A stretch of 63,658 bases of DNA, the filler included, from Collodictyon triciliatum (taxonomy: Eukaryota), in the NCBI GenBank assembly GCA_043381765.1. It is 11 parts of 11 records of this genome, joined end to end, with 100 filler letters (N's around TTAATTAATTAA, not from the genome) between each part and the next. Parts side by side here need not be neighbours in the genome. Positions count along the whole stretch, not along the records: positions 1 to 5,800 come from JBHJMP010004935.1; positions 5,901 to 11,695 come from JBHJMP010004936.1; 9 more parts are not named here. One strand, written 5' to 3'. Position numbers and translations under genes: made by a program. Each line of letters opens with the position of its first letter. Position 1 is the stretch's first letter. The notes under the pieces are model-generated. The model did not search any database and was not told where the DNA came from. It saw only the letters and a program-made list of their open reading frames with translations. Shown in pieces: positions 1 through 11,795 of this stretch.

Positions 1-43
1 TCTTTTCTTTTTCTTTTTCTTTTTCTTTTTCTTTTTCTTTTCA

Positions 44-116
<73 letters not shown>

Positions 117-212
117 TTTTCCCTTTTCCTTTTCCTTTTTTTTCCCCCCTTTTTTTTAGTACTGATTGTGAAGAAATACATAGACACGCTTAATTTTCAA
201 GTGCGCTCGTAA

Positions 213-3200
213 TCAAATAGAAACGGTCTCATGTACACTGATAGAACACGCAGGAGCCCCTTTAATCATCGTCCAGAAGTCCGTATGACGATTGCTTGAA
301 AGCGATATTTGATTGAGATGGCTTTGGTGCCTCGTGGGGTGGGAATGGGGACAGTAACAGGTCGTCACCAATTGCTTGAGTAGCTGCGGCCTTGTTGGCT
401 GGAATATGTCGGGATTCGTTTGCGGAGCTCCCTTGTTTGGCATCCGAACCGAATCCTGCATCGGTCGTAGCTGCATTGGATACTTTTGTGTGCTGCTCAT
501 CTTGGATGAAAAGCCCAAAAGGATCGGAATTGGGGTCTGCAACGGCGATGGGTGCGGCTGTTGGCAATGATATGGGGGATGCATGCCTATTTGTTAAATG
601 ACCATCGCAATCATAATGGAAATCATGGTATTTTTATTATTATTATTTTTTTTAAAAAAAAAAAGTGTGTCACATTTAAAGGCATTTTTAATTATAACTT
701 TTCGTTACCCAGCTTTTTGTGAAGAAAAAGAAAGGGATACCAACATGAATAAGAAGAAAGAAAAAGAAACAAGGCATGATATGTGATGTAAACACAACCG
801 CCATAATTACCCCGTGTTAAGCGAAGTCAAACTCGAAGGACTCTGCACTGGGATAGGCTGGAGGGGCGTAGCAAGCATGTCATGCCACGGAGCACGAACA
901 GTTGAATCAGCAGATAAGGGGTGGTACGTGCTTTCTTTTTGAGGATTTCTTTCTCCTGAGAAGCTTTTCGATAGAGGTGCCGGTGGTGTATCAAAGAGTA
1001 ACTCTTCCAGGGATATTACGTGAGTTTGTCTGTTTGGAGCTTGCTTTAGCGTCCCACTTGTATCTCCGATGATACTCGACGTGGATGTAATTGATGACCT
1101 TCTTGTATGAGATTGACGCGGTGTTTCTATAATTTCTTCAATGTCTGCATGAAACGAGGGCCGAACCTGACAAAGATTCATTATCAAAGACACATTAAAA
1201 TGTGTTAATAATAAAGTCTCGCGTCTAGAATTTTTATTAAGTGTATTACCCCAAAAAAGAAATCGTATTTTTCGATCATGGATTTCACAATAAGGGCAGC
1301 TACAAAGGCGAATGTTTAAGAAATCTAACAGCATTTCAATATCACAAATAAATGATGTGATAGATAGCAAAAAATGGAAAAGGTGACAATATCAAAAAGA
1401 AACTTGTTCCATGTGCTTCATACGACTCTTCCTTGGGCTTCACATATTGAGTTATTTGGATAGTTATTTTACAAAATAGTGCTTGTTAACCTTACTAAAG
1501 AAATATATATAATAAACTGATTTGAATGATGAAAACTACATTTTCACTCTTGACTAGATTTGGGCCAATAACTATTCCCAGATTTTCTGAAGCTAGTAGC
1601 CATGGTTAATAATTGGTTTAATTTAATTATGAAAAAAAATGTATTCTTCCGATGAAAATTCTTTTTTCATTCTTTTTGTCAACATTTACATGTTGTAGAC
1701 TTTTGGTCACGGCTCTAAAGACACTCAATCTATGAGGGAATATAAAACCTTACTCATTTTATTTCTTGCTGAGTGCTCCTTTACTTCCTTCAACAGGTTC
1801 TGCAAATGGATTAATCAGTGAATATTGTTTTCGAGTAAAGCACTCAATGACAACTTATTGCATGTAATTTTGATATTGAAATGTGGTATAGAACAACAAT
1901 ACCATCAAGTAGGATAACAACGTCCAGTTTTGTTTCGGTAACTGATAATTTTAGTCATATTAAATAAATCTTCATTTTAATAAATTAAACCGTCATAATT
2001 TTATTCATTACCGATTCGATTATTTTCTTCAATTCAGTGTCAAAAGACTGCTCGCTTGCTAGAGGCCCCACGTGTATATATAAATCAGAGAAATACTTTT
2101 TAGATTGTCTCGATTTATAAATATGTGTTGGAATAAGTGCTACTTTCAAAGAAAAATCATACTATTCAACCCCGTCATGATTTTTGCATAGTTTTTCGAC
2201 GGTATCAATGAATCTGGTAATTCTCGAAGGTACATCTATAACAAAGCATACATTAGCATATGCATATCTATTTTGGGGTATTTCAATGTCTACTTTAAGC
2301 AAGCCTGCGGCAACATGAGGGTCTCCAACGTCAGTCCAAACTGGTGGATTTCCTGGATAACATTGTTTTGTGAGACTTTGTCTAAAAATCCTTCCTTCCC
2401 TTGAATCGAATAAATGAAAAAAATTGAGACTTTGAACTGAGAAGTTAAAAATATTTCATAAAGTGGAAAAAAATATACGTAATAAAGATAAAATATAACA
2501 TTAAAGTATCAGAAAACCCAAGATTTTGCATAACCTCTATCGTAATCTGCTTTGATTTTTTCTAGTCTAGATGCCATTCCAGATAGTCTGAATATCCCCT
2601 CTTCATCTAGGGCTGCAGGATATCATATTACTCCATGAGAACTGAACGTAGGAATACAGCCAATATAAAATGGGTGTACAGTTCTTCAATAAATAGCTGA
2701 CCGCTATGCCGAATATACAAGGATATATCCTCCACAACCTTTGGTACTTGCTCTCGTGTTCTCCGTTCCCTCTAATAAAATTTTAGATACTTATATCTAT
2801 ATAAATAGTATAACGGACAGTGAGCCTTCATTGATTTTAAATAGTAAAACCTTTAACACTCTTTCTATTTGCGCACCAAAAACTCGTGTAGCCTAAATGA
2901 ATATGTTCATATTTTAGGTAACAGACAAAAAGGAGGATGTGAGTCGAGGATGAATACGAAAGAATATATGTTCAGAAAAAATTACGTCAGTTCCTGTTCC
3001 CTTGCTACGTATCTTTTCAATTCGCTCTTCTTCCCTGTCTGCTTTCTCTTTGTTAAGGTGGATTTTTTGCTAAAAGGGACGAATGGAAAAATAGGGTAGA
3101 AGAGAGAATTTTAGAAATTGCTAAAAATAGACATAATAATACTCTAGAATGTAGTCAATAAATAAGGTAATTTCACCTCATCGAGTTTTCTCTCCAGCTT

Positions 3201-5370
3201 GGTAATTCATAGGTTGGGTTTGAAGTGCAATATTTAAATGAGAATGAAAATGAGAATGAAAATGAAACGCATGGTATACTGTGGCGAGCACATGAACTGG
3301 AGAATATTGTCAAACCTCGGTTCGGATTGGTTCAATCTCCTTGATTAATTTTTTTTTGGAATTTTATCAATCATAAATTCACCCATCGAAAAAAATAATT
3401 TTTAGGGTAGCATTTTTTTTCTTTTCATTTGACTGAAAGAAATTTCAAGATAATATTAAATTTTACTTTTAGTATATCCAAACAAGACGCATGGTAGTTT
3501 GATACAGATTTCATAAGTTGACACATAGATGAGAGAGTCTCGACTTCAATATACATCGAAAGTAGGTTTAAAAAGCGCACATGCTCTTAAATTCAACATG
3601 TTTATTTCGTCCTTGTAATTCAAGTATTGCAAGAGCAAAGATGTGTTTGATGTACAAATGTATAAACCTTCTGTCCTTTGATAAATATCCATTAGCATAT
3701 ATCGCGTCTCTTCTTCGATATCTGCGAAACTATCCGCCACTGCATGTTCATTATCTAGCATCTTCACAAAAATCATGGAAGATGTTTTAAAAAAAATTAA
3801 AAATACGATCATCAGCCAAAATATCGGAATGAGCGATAAAGAAAAAAAGACTATAGGTCACCCAATACTCCTTACCTCCTTTGAAAATGCCTCTGTTTTG
3901 CGCTTAGACTTTGACTTTTCCGCATCATGCATCTGCTTCGCTTTATCATAGTCGTTCTTCTTGGCCACCTAAAATTTGAATAGTGAAGTGGCTGAAGATG
4001 AATCATTCCGTCGATATACATTTTTTTTCCTTTATTCGATTCAAAGTTCCGTCGATATACATTTGAATTGGATAATAGAGAAAGTGTATAAGTACATCGA
4101 GTTTTGGTTGTTGTTTTTTTCTCACACACCCAAAGTACAAAAAAAAATCATCCGCTGATATTATGAGAAAATACCATCGCATTTCTAATATCACATTTGC
4201 AGAAAGATTTCATAGGAGCGACAAAATTTTTTGTGTACCCTTCAAGCTTGCATGATTCAAACATGATATTGAAAGGAACTTAATTTCGGTTTTAAAATAT
4301 GGACATACATGTATCAATACGAACTAGGTAGCTACTTTGTGTAAGGGGTATATTAGTCGTTAAGATTATAATTATACGAGTAGAGTGCGTGCATCCTCTA
4401 TTCTGGATAATGTCTCCCCAAACTTTATTATGGTATCAGCTTCGAGATGTTTCAGAAGTCAAATGTAAAGATTGTTTGGCCATTAGTATTGCTTTAATTT
4501 TTGTAAGATAAAAAATACATAGAAGTGTACGTAAATTTCATACATGCAACCCAATAAATCATTATCAATTATAGATAGAAAATATTACACATATTTGGGT
4601 ATTGCTCATAATACATCTTGGCAAAATCGGCAGTGCACTCTGAAAACTCCTTCACATGACGTGAATAATCTGAAGTAAAAGAAAAATACGGTTTGCATCA
4701 TAAAACCTGTACCAAAAGTACATTGAAAAATCAAAGTTGCAAATAAATAATTTGATAATAAAATTGTATTACCTGAACCGGACGCAATCATTGTACTCAT
4801 ACTATGATATAGTGTTTTTATATTTGCTTTGGACATCTCTGCTCTCTGTAGCAAATATTTTTGTGAGATAATAGGTTTCAAAAAATGTTTCCAGAAAAAC
4901 TATGAAATAAAGAAAATGACTCATGACTGGTTTTTCAAGGTGTTACTTCTTTATAAAAGAAAAATATAAAAATTGGTGATATTCAGCGTGAAGGTTTAAT
5001 CTGGATATGAATAATAATGAAAATATGGAAGGATGGCTCATATGAATCATCCCACTAGAGAAGAACGCTTTTCTTTGGGGTTCTTTTTCAGGGTGTTTAC
5101 ATTGTATAAATCAGATATTTCTTTTGGCTCGGAACCCAGTGATACGTCGGCTCTGGTATTGCCGTCACGATTACGGCCAGTCGCATTCCCGGCTCGCTTG
5201 TTTCCTAGATAGGAAAAAAACATGAGCTAATTGGTTTGTTATCTTGCTCGATGAAAGATAGAATCAGTACGGGAGTAGGAAAATGAGGCTATGTGTATTC
5301 TTTGAGGCAACTTTGGTGCGCGAAACAAAGCAGTTGGTAATCTTTTGAGTTGCATGCGCGAATCTCTCAT
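213..5370 (-). CDS. Multi-exon RhoGAP with probable N-terminal BAR domain (3' end may run off the window)
   Basis: Spliced exons read VPKVVEDISLYIRHS / ALDEEGIFRLSGMASRLEKIKADYD / DPHVAAGLLK (RhoGAP with arginine finger, ~2300-2770). Upstream exons such as FVAPMKSFCKCDI and KKNDYDKAKQMHDAEK resemble BAR helices. Low-complexity S/P-rich C-terminal exons. Start is approximate. Confidence 0.8.
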
Positions 5371-5629
5371 CAGTTATGTTCTTCTTTATTTTTTTTCCTT
5401 TTTTTCTTGTATGCATCCACAAGAAAGCTTTTTCTTTAAAAAAAAAAAAATAATAAGGGAAAAACTCTTCTCTGGGGTGCTTTGTGTTTGGAGTTATATG
5501 ATCAATTTTTGGACGTGTATGAGAATATATATTTACCTTTTTCACCCGCTAGATCTTTGGCATGGTCCTTAGCATTGCGGTATTTGTCACGCAGCCAACT
5601 CATTATCCGCCTCTTAGTCTAAAAAAATA

Positions 5630-5790
5630 TGTTTTTATGGGGTTTTTGTTGGGGTTTTTGTTGGGGTTTTTGTTGGGGTTTTTGTTGGGGTTTTTGTTGG
5701 GGTTTTTGTTGGGGTTTTTGTTGGGGTTTTTATGGGGTTTTTATGGGGTTTTTATGGGGTTTTTATGGGGTTTTTATGGGGTTTTTTTTA
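5630..5790 (+). repeat. G-rich tandem repeat (GGGGTTTTTGTT)n then (GGGGTTTTTAT)n
   Basis: Directly visible next to the contig end. Confidence 0.9.
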
Positions 5791-5800
5791 TATATTCTGC

Positions 5801-5900
5801 NNNNNNNNNNNNNNNNNNNNNNNNNNNNNNNNNNNNNNNNNNNNTTAATTAATTAANNNNNNNNNNNNNNNNNNNNNNNNNNNNNNNNNNNNNNNNNNNN
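5801..5900. other. Artificial contig linker N-TTAATTAATTAA-N (also at 11740, 17641, 23530, 29422, 35310, 44667, 50553, 56434, 62358)
   Basis: Identical 12-mer with stops in all six frames inside N runs. Genes are cut at these points and do not continue on the other side. Confidence 0.97.
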
Positions 5901-5979
<79 letters not shown>

Positions 5980-6880
5980 AAAAGGGAGTCGGGTTCAAGC
6001 CGTCAACCCACGGGTAGCAAGACAGGTATGAATTTAGTGTTCAGTATTAGTTGTACTGATTCGTTCATCCGTTTCTTTTTCTTTCCCTTTTCTTTTTCTT
6101 TTTCTTTTTCTTTTTCTTTTTCTTTTTCTTTTTCTCTTTCCATTCTCTTCGGTCTCATTCAGCCTGTAAATGAATAAACTTCATTACAAAGGTTGTGACG
6201 AACTTGGTTTTATCGCTTTCAAGTCACAACACTTTTTATACAACGAAAGTGTACCCATATATAATAATTTATTGCACAGACAACCATCGAATTAAATCTG
6301 GATTGATGAAAGCAGGAGCTTTGATGAATCCAACAAACTACCTGAATAATATAGCAGTACGATTAGTATATATATATATAATAAGGTCAAAATACTTTAT
6401 AATATCATTCTATTCTTGTAATCAATTTATGTTTTATTTTTTATTTATGTAATATAGTAAATCAAATTCAAAATTACAAACAAGCCCTTACCTTGGCTCA
6501 GACAGAACCCACCCTGTAAACCTGCCACCAAACATGCATTTCAAAAAAGCATACTATCCACACTTGCGGCGGCAATCATGTTGTTTGGGGCCGATATGTT
6601 GACTTTCAGTCGCAATGGTTATATGGCCGTCCTTTCGAACTCGCCGAATCGGCTCTCAGCGTTTTGTCCAAAAATCACTTGCAAAAAAAAAAAAACTTTG
6701 TGTGTTCCTTTGCCACAATGCGCACATTTTGAGAGTCTCGGTAGATGCTTAATTTTACATAAATTGATTATATGCAGTTTTTTCTTATCTATTCATTAAA
6801 TCGACTGATTGAATAAAGTTTTACTAAAATCGAAAACTCGGTAGTTTTCCAAAGGAAAAAATTAAAACAAAGACTTTCAG

Positions 6881-8828
6881 ATGAAGAAAAGAAAATGTCT
6901 TGAGTTTGACAATATAAAGTTTGTAAAACCACACTATCGAAATCTGAAAACATTTCTAAAGTCGATTGTAAAGAATGCGGATGACTATGACGAAATCAAC
7001 GATACGGTTCTATTGCGTCATAATTTGGTTACCGACACTTATCTGTTTGTAAGGTGTTACATATTGAAAGCACAACAGCTCACAACAATCGATGAAAAGT
7101 TTTTTTTTTTTTTTTTTACGCTTTAAAGGCAGTCATAATAGTTTCACAAGATAGAACCGCAATTAAAAAAAAAAACCAGATATGAGAGATGCCATGATGA
7201 CTTTTTATCTCTATGATTTTCGATTCCTTTTGTCCCAAGAAGAACGTTTTCCATTGGTTGGACTGTCTCATGTATTGCCGTACTTGGCGAAGCAAATGTT
7301 AACAGCCTATCATAATAACATTAAGGAGCATTTTGTAAAGAGGCTACTGCGCTTTATTAATCAAACAGTTCCTAAAGATGAGGATATGATGGAAGCTATT
7401 TAAAAGGCAGAGTTACGAAAGTTAAAAAAGAAGTCATCTTCAAGAATCTCGAAATACCGGAACAATATAAAGGATGGGCTAAAATGCATTTGCATGAAAT
7501 CATTCCCAAGGTTATTGTAAATGGTATCGAATGTGACGTCAAAGTCAATCCGAGTAAGTACATTCCATGTCTGATTTACGTGAATATCATTTTTGAGGAC
7601 ATCGGGACCCAAACTGTTTCGACCAATCCTCATAATGACTACCAATATACCATGCTATATTACTCTAGATACTGCATGTTTGATATATATTAGTATCAAC
7701 TGAAAAACATCATTACTGAAGAATATATCAAGACGCAAAGAGACCCTATGGATGAGTTCTTTGAAATGAAAAGGAGGGTCTTTAATCAAACAGACCACAA
7801 TTTTAAATACATAATACAAACAGACGGCTTGGCGGTGTCATTATTGTTTGAAAAGAATTGTTTTTCAAATTCAAAATCCAAATATAATTAAAAAAAAACC
7901 CAAGAATATGTTTATATAGGTGAACTTTCCGAAGAGCATTTATCTTTATTAGCGAAAAAAAATAAATAATTAGTTGGAGTGGACGCAAGCAAGTTTAATT
8001 TGGTTTACATGGCGGCTGAGACAGGTAAGAAATTACGTTACACGGCACACCAAACAAGACACGATGGCAAATCTCTTAAAAATCACAAAATACTCTTGCA
8101 CGAGAAAAGAAGAGTACAATGCTTCAGAGACATGCATGACAACAGGTTTATAAAGTGTTGTTTCTTTTGGTCACATGACTTTTGAAGAGAATCAGCGGTT
8201 TGAGACATCAAGAGCATCTTTAATCGATTTAGAGACAGAACTGAGTAATATAATTCGTGCACAGTCGATTATGAAAAAATTCAAAAACATGTATATATGA
8301 AATCAAGATACCAGACAGAATTTTCCAGATTTTATGAACACGTAACTTTTCGAAAGGTGATATGGAGACAGTATGTTAATACAAAAAGAAGTGAACCGTT
8401 GTTTATGGACCGATTCGAAAAAACATTTGGCAAGGATGTTGTACTGGCGTATGGAGACTGGAGCAGAAAATGTCCGATGAACCATTTTATGCCAACAATT
8501 GGAAGAGGATTACGAAAAATACTATCCAAACGTTTTGAACAAGTTTGTGTAGATAAATTAAAAACCTCCAAGATATGATGCAACTGCGAAAAAGAACTGG
8601 AATGCATGAAATTGAAAGGGAATTCGAAAAAAGGTGTATAGATGTCTCATATGTAAAGAATGCAATCACTCAGAAAGCATGCAAAGTGTATTCTTGACAA
8701 GGGACTTTAACAGCGCTAATAATATACTCAAGAAAGCTCTTTTAATCCTTCAAAATATGCATACACCTTTTTCTAAAAAACAGGCTGTTGGGTCTTTTTT
8801 GGCAGCCTACACTACACAATCTTTGTGA
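6881..8828 (+). pseudogene. Fanzor1 (TnpB-related RuvC RNA-guided endonuclease), frameshifted
   Basis: Joined frames give LKTFLKSIVKN..INDTV, YHNNIKEHFVKRLLRFIN, IQTDGLAVSLLF, RuvC-I VGVDASK (D codon 7982-7984), KTFGKDVVLAYGDWS, RuvC-II VDKLKTSK (consensus VDExxTS, E->K), Zn finger I*CNC..LICKEC and RuvC-III TRDFNSANNI. No introns evident; several stops and frameshifts. Confidence 0.88.
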
Positions 8829-8850
8829 AAAAAGTGGCGAGACCTCGGAT
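8775..8850 (+). ncRNA. Candidate Fanzor omegaRNA scaffold
   Basis: Stem AGGCTGTT(8782-8789)/GGCAGCCT(8801-8808). Second stem CACAA/TTGTG with outer CACT/AGTG (8810-8836). Loop GGTCT (8791-8795) is complementary to AGACC (8840-8844), a possible pseudoknot. Position at the ORF 3' end fits omegaRNA. Confidence 0.45.
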
Positions 8851-9388
8851 ACTAATGGACGAAGTTTACCTATCGAAAGATTGCTATGCTCCTTCCAGTA
8901 TACTATATTATAATATGATAATAAAAATTACTGAAAACTACTTTGTGTGCTGATATATTTGCAAGAAGGCTTACACGCTATCTGTAAGTGCAATTCGCAT
9001 AATGCCACTCTTTATTATCTTCATCATTGATGACATGTGAGGCTTATGTCCCTACACTAGTCATAGCTACCGAACAAAACGTATATTGAATTCTGACTAT
9101 AATAATATCAAACAATAAAAAAACACACAACGAAAACAGGAAACAGAAAAAAAGAAGAAAACAGAAAACAGAAAACAGAAAACAGAAAACAGAAAACAGA
9201 AAACAGAAAACAGAAAACAGAAAACAGAAAACAGAAAAAAGAAAACAGAAAAAAAGAAAACAGAAAAAACTCACTAAAAATACAAGATGATACTAATATA
9301 TGCTTAGTATTAAGCATATGTTAGTGTCATAAGACAAATAAACAAAGAAAAAGCAACACAAAACAAAACTTAAAATTGCACACAACTT

Positions 9389-9469
9389 CACCATCCTGCA
9401 CAAAATTGAAAGGAAGAATAAAAAAAAAAAAAAAAAAAGGAAAAAAAAAAAAAAAAAAAAAAAAAAAAA
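9389..9469 (+). mobile_element. Short poly(A)-tailed retroposon copy A (5'-truncated)
   Basis: CACCATCCTGCACAAAATTGAAAGGAAGAATA(n) shared with copies at 17514, 52802 and 53051. Confidence 0.7.
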
Positions 9470-9617
9470 CGACTGGGCGTAAATCATGATCGAAAATTCG
9501 TGCCCACTGAAACAACGCTCGGGCCGCAGACAGACTCACTTGATTCCCAACGATCGCGCACTTCACTAACTTCTTCCTAAACAACCAAACGAAGCTGTCT
9601 TCTGAAAGAGCGGCAAT

Positions 9618-11510
9618 ATGTCCTTCGTCAGGTCCACGCGCCTTGGCACCTTCCGACAGCAGGGAAAGGTACTTGCTCGAGAGCACTTTCGCTTATTTTG
9701 CTCATTTCTCTCTGTGCTCGGCCTTCGCTTCAGCTCTAAATACGGACTGGACATGAATATCTAGGTTCTCTGTGGTTACTTGATCAAGCAGACACCACTG
9801 TTGTCTAAAAGGCGTTGGTGTGTGTTAAAGGGAAAGGTTCTCTACATATTCAAGTCTCATCAGGTTTGCAGTCATATATGTTTCAAGAAATCATACATTA
9901 ACGTTCGATTCAGAATTATACAAGCTTGCTATCACCCTACACTTAATCTGTGATAAACATATCAATCGAAGTAAAATGCAAAACAAAGGAGAAGATTCCC
10001 ATGGAATCGATTGATGTATCATTGTCCTCTTATGAGTCCTTGGAACAGCAAACCGGCAAGTTTATATTTTCCCTCAAACTGCAGAGCGAGTCGTGGAAGC
10101 CCAACCTTTTCCAAGTACCTTGTTGACTAACTAACCATGTTTAAATATCTAATACGACTTAGACGAGCATAATCAATTGTTTTCTCCAACATTATTTACC
10201 TGATTCCTTGACTCACCATTTACTTGAGTTCCTTCCTTTTTTTTCTTTCTCTCCTTTTTTCTTTTTATGACAGATTGATTTTCAGGAGACCTTTCAGATG
10301 TGGACAGAGGCCCTAGGGCATCTTGCAAAACCAGCGCCGCCAAAAAAGTCGCTGTCAAGCGATGCTGGCTTCTGGGGATTTCGCTCATCCGCTCCAACAT
10401 TCACCTTTCTTACCCCAGATTCTGTGGATAATTATCAAGAAGAAAGATGGGATATATCATGCCTTATGGAAACATCAAGCAAACAAGGCGGGCTAATAGC
10501 AGCTGTAAGATACTTTGTGTGTTCACTTTTTACTTTATTTCATACCCTATCTTTCATATCTTTCACTCCTTTCACTATTTTTCTTTTGTATTACGCGCTG
10601 TGGATAGTCGATTTACATACACCTCCTTACTCGATGCACTTTTTTCGAAAAGGGGAACAGCATCGTCAAACACTGGAAGATGAGATGGATTACTGTAAAT
10701 GGTCTTTGGATTTTGCAGATGAAACACAAGAAAGTATTCAATTAATCAATTTTGAATATTTTTTTCACCACGGAATATAATAATGACCAAATGAGCTACA
10801 TGCCATATTTGAATATCTGGAATAGCCGTAACATTTTTCACTTTTTCTTTTAGAGCGACTTCATCTCAGTGGCAGTACCATTAGAACTTGCCAATAAGGA
10901 CGATATTGAAATACTTAGTGATATCGATGCTTCTGCATTGCAGCTTCCTCTTTCTTTGCCCCAAGGAGCAGGAGAGAGTTCCACCTCGACTGTTATTCTA
11001 AGATCCATCAAATTGTTCTGGTTCTCGGTCAAGTCGATTATTATAGGGCGCAGCTTCTTCTTCGGGGCGCTTTCTGCTACAGACCGCAGTGATTGGACGT
11101 CTTTCTTGAAGGATTTGGTCAGTCAGAGTCCGATGGAACTCGCTGGAGACTTTGAGATTCAAAGTATGCAAACGGTTGAATGCAAACCAGACTTACACGA
11201 TGAGACTCTTCCAGAAAACATCAGCCCCGAGTCAAAAGCAAGAATGGGTCCTGGCACTGCCCGTGAATCTCGGAAATGTTCAAAGACAGGGAGAATTAAA
11301 ATCAAACCTCTCTACAGATATTCGACAATGTCATCTGCAAGTTCGTACGATAGCTACGCCGATGAGAACGTAGCATCACCTCCTGCCATGGTCAGCTTTG
11401 ATTCGCTTGAAACGATTGAAGAGTCCCAGGATACCTCAGATCAGAATCGGCAGTCACAAAGATTTTCATTTGGACACAACATATCGGTATGCTTTTTGAA
11501 TCCAATAATG

Positions 11511-11541
<31 letters not shown>

Positions 11542-11659
11542 CGTACCGTGCTTCCTATTAGCTAAGTGACATAGATATTCATGAAAAAATTGGTCGAGGT
11601 GCTTCTGGGAAGGTTTATTCTGGAAACTACAAAGGCCAAACTGTCGCAGTCAAGAAATT
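9618..11659 (+). CDS. PH-domain tyrosine-kinase-like protein kinase, 5' part (cut by contig end)
   Basis: Exons VLCGYLIKQTPLLSKRRWCVLKGKVLYIFK..WTEAL (PH), a second PH-like end FFFGALSATDRSDWTSFL, then kinase subdomains I-II IHEKIGRGASGKVYSGNYKGQTVAVKKL. Confidence 0.85.
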
Positions 11660-11795
11660 GTAAAACCTGATAATTTTTCAGCTCTATCTCACTGTNNNNN
11701 NNNNNNNNNNNNNNNNNNNNNNNNNNNNNNNNNNNNNNNTTAATTAATTAANNNNNNNNNNNNNNNNNNNNNNNNNNNNNNNNNNNNNNNNNNNN

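Larger units (their letters stand above)
6146..8850 (+). mobile_element. Fanzor1-carrying DNA element, copy 1 (decayed)
   Basis: Left arm 6146-6880 and the ORF start are homologous to the inverted copy at 29478-30563. It contains a Fanzor pseudo-ORF and a structured 3' end. The right boundary is estimated. Confidence 0.8.

Noticed and set aside
5630-5790. G4T5-like repeat as a telomere
   Set aside because: The unit changes along the array and unique sequence follows before the gap; it looks like one of many simple repeats at contig ends.
5845-5856. Recurrent TTAATTAATTAA palindrome as a biological repeat or CRISPR-like array
   Set aside because: Always embedded in N runs; it is an assembly linker with stops in six frames.
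6151-8844. GGTCTC (6151-6156) / GAGACC (8839-8844) as terminal inverted repeats of the Fanzor element
   Set aside because: Only 6 bp match and it does not extend; it cannot be told from chance without more copies.
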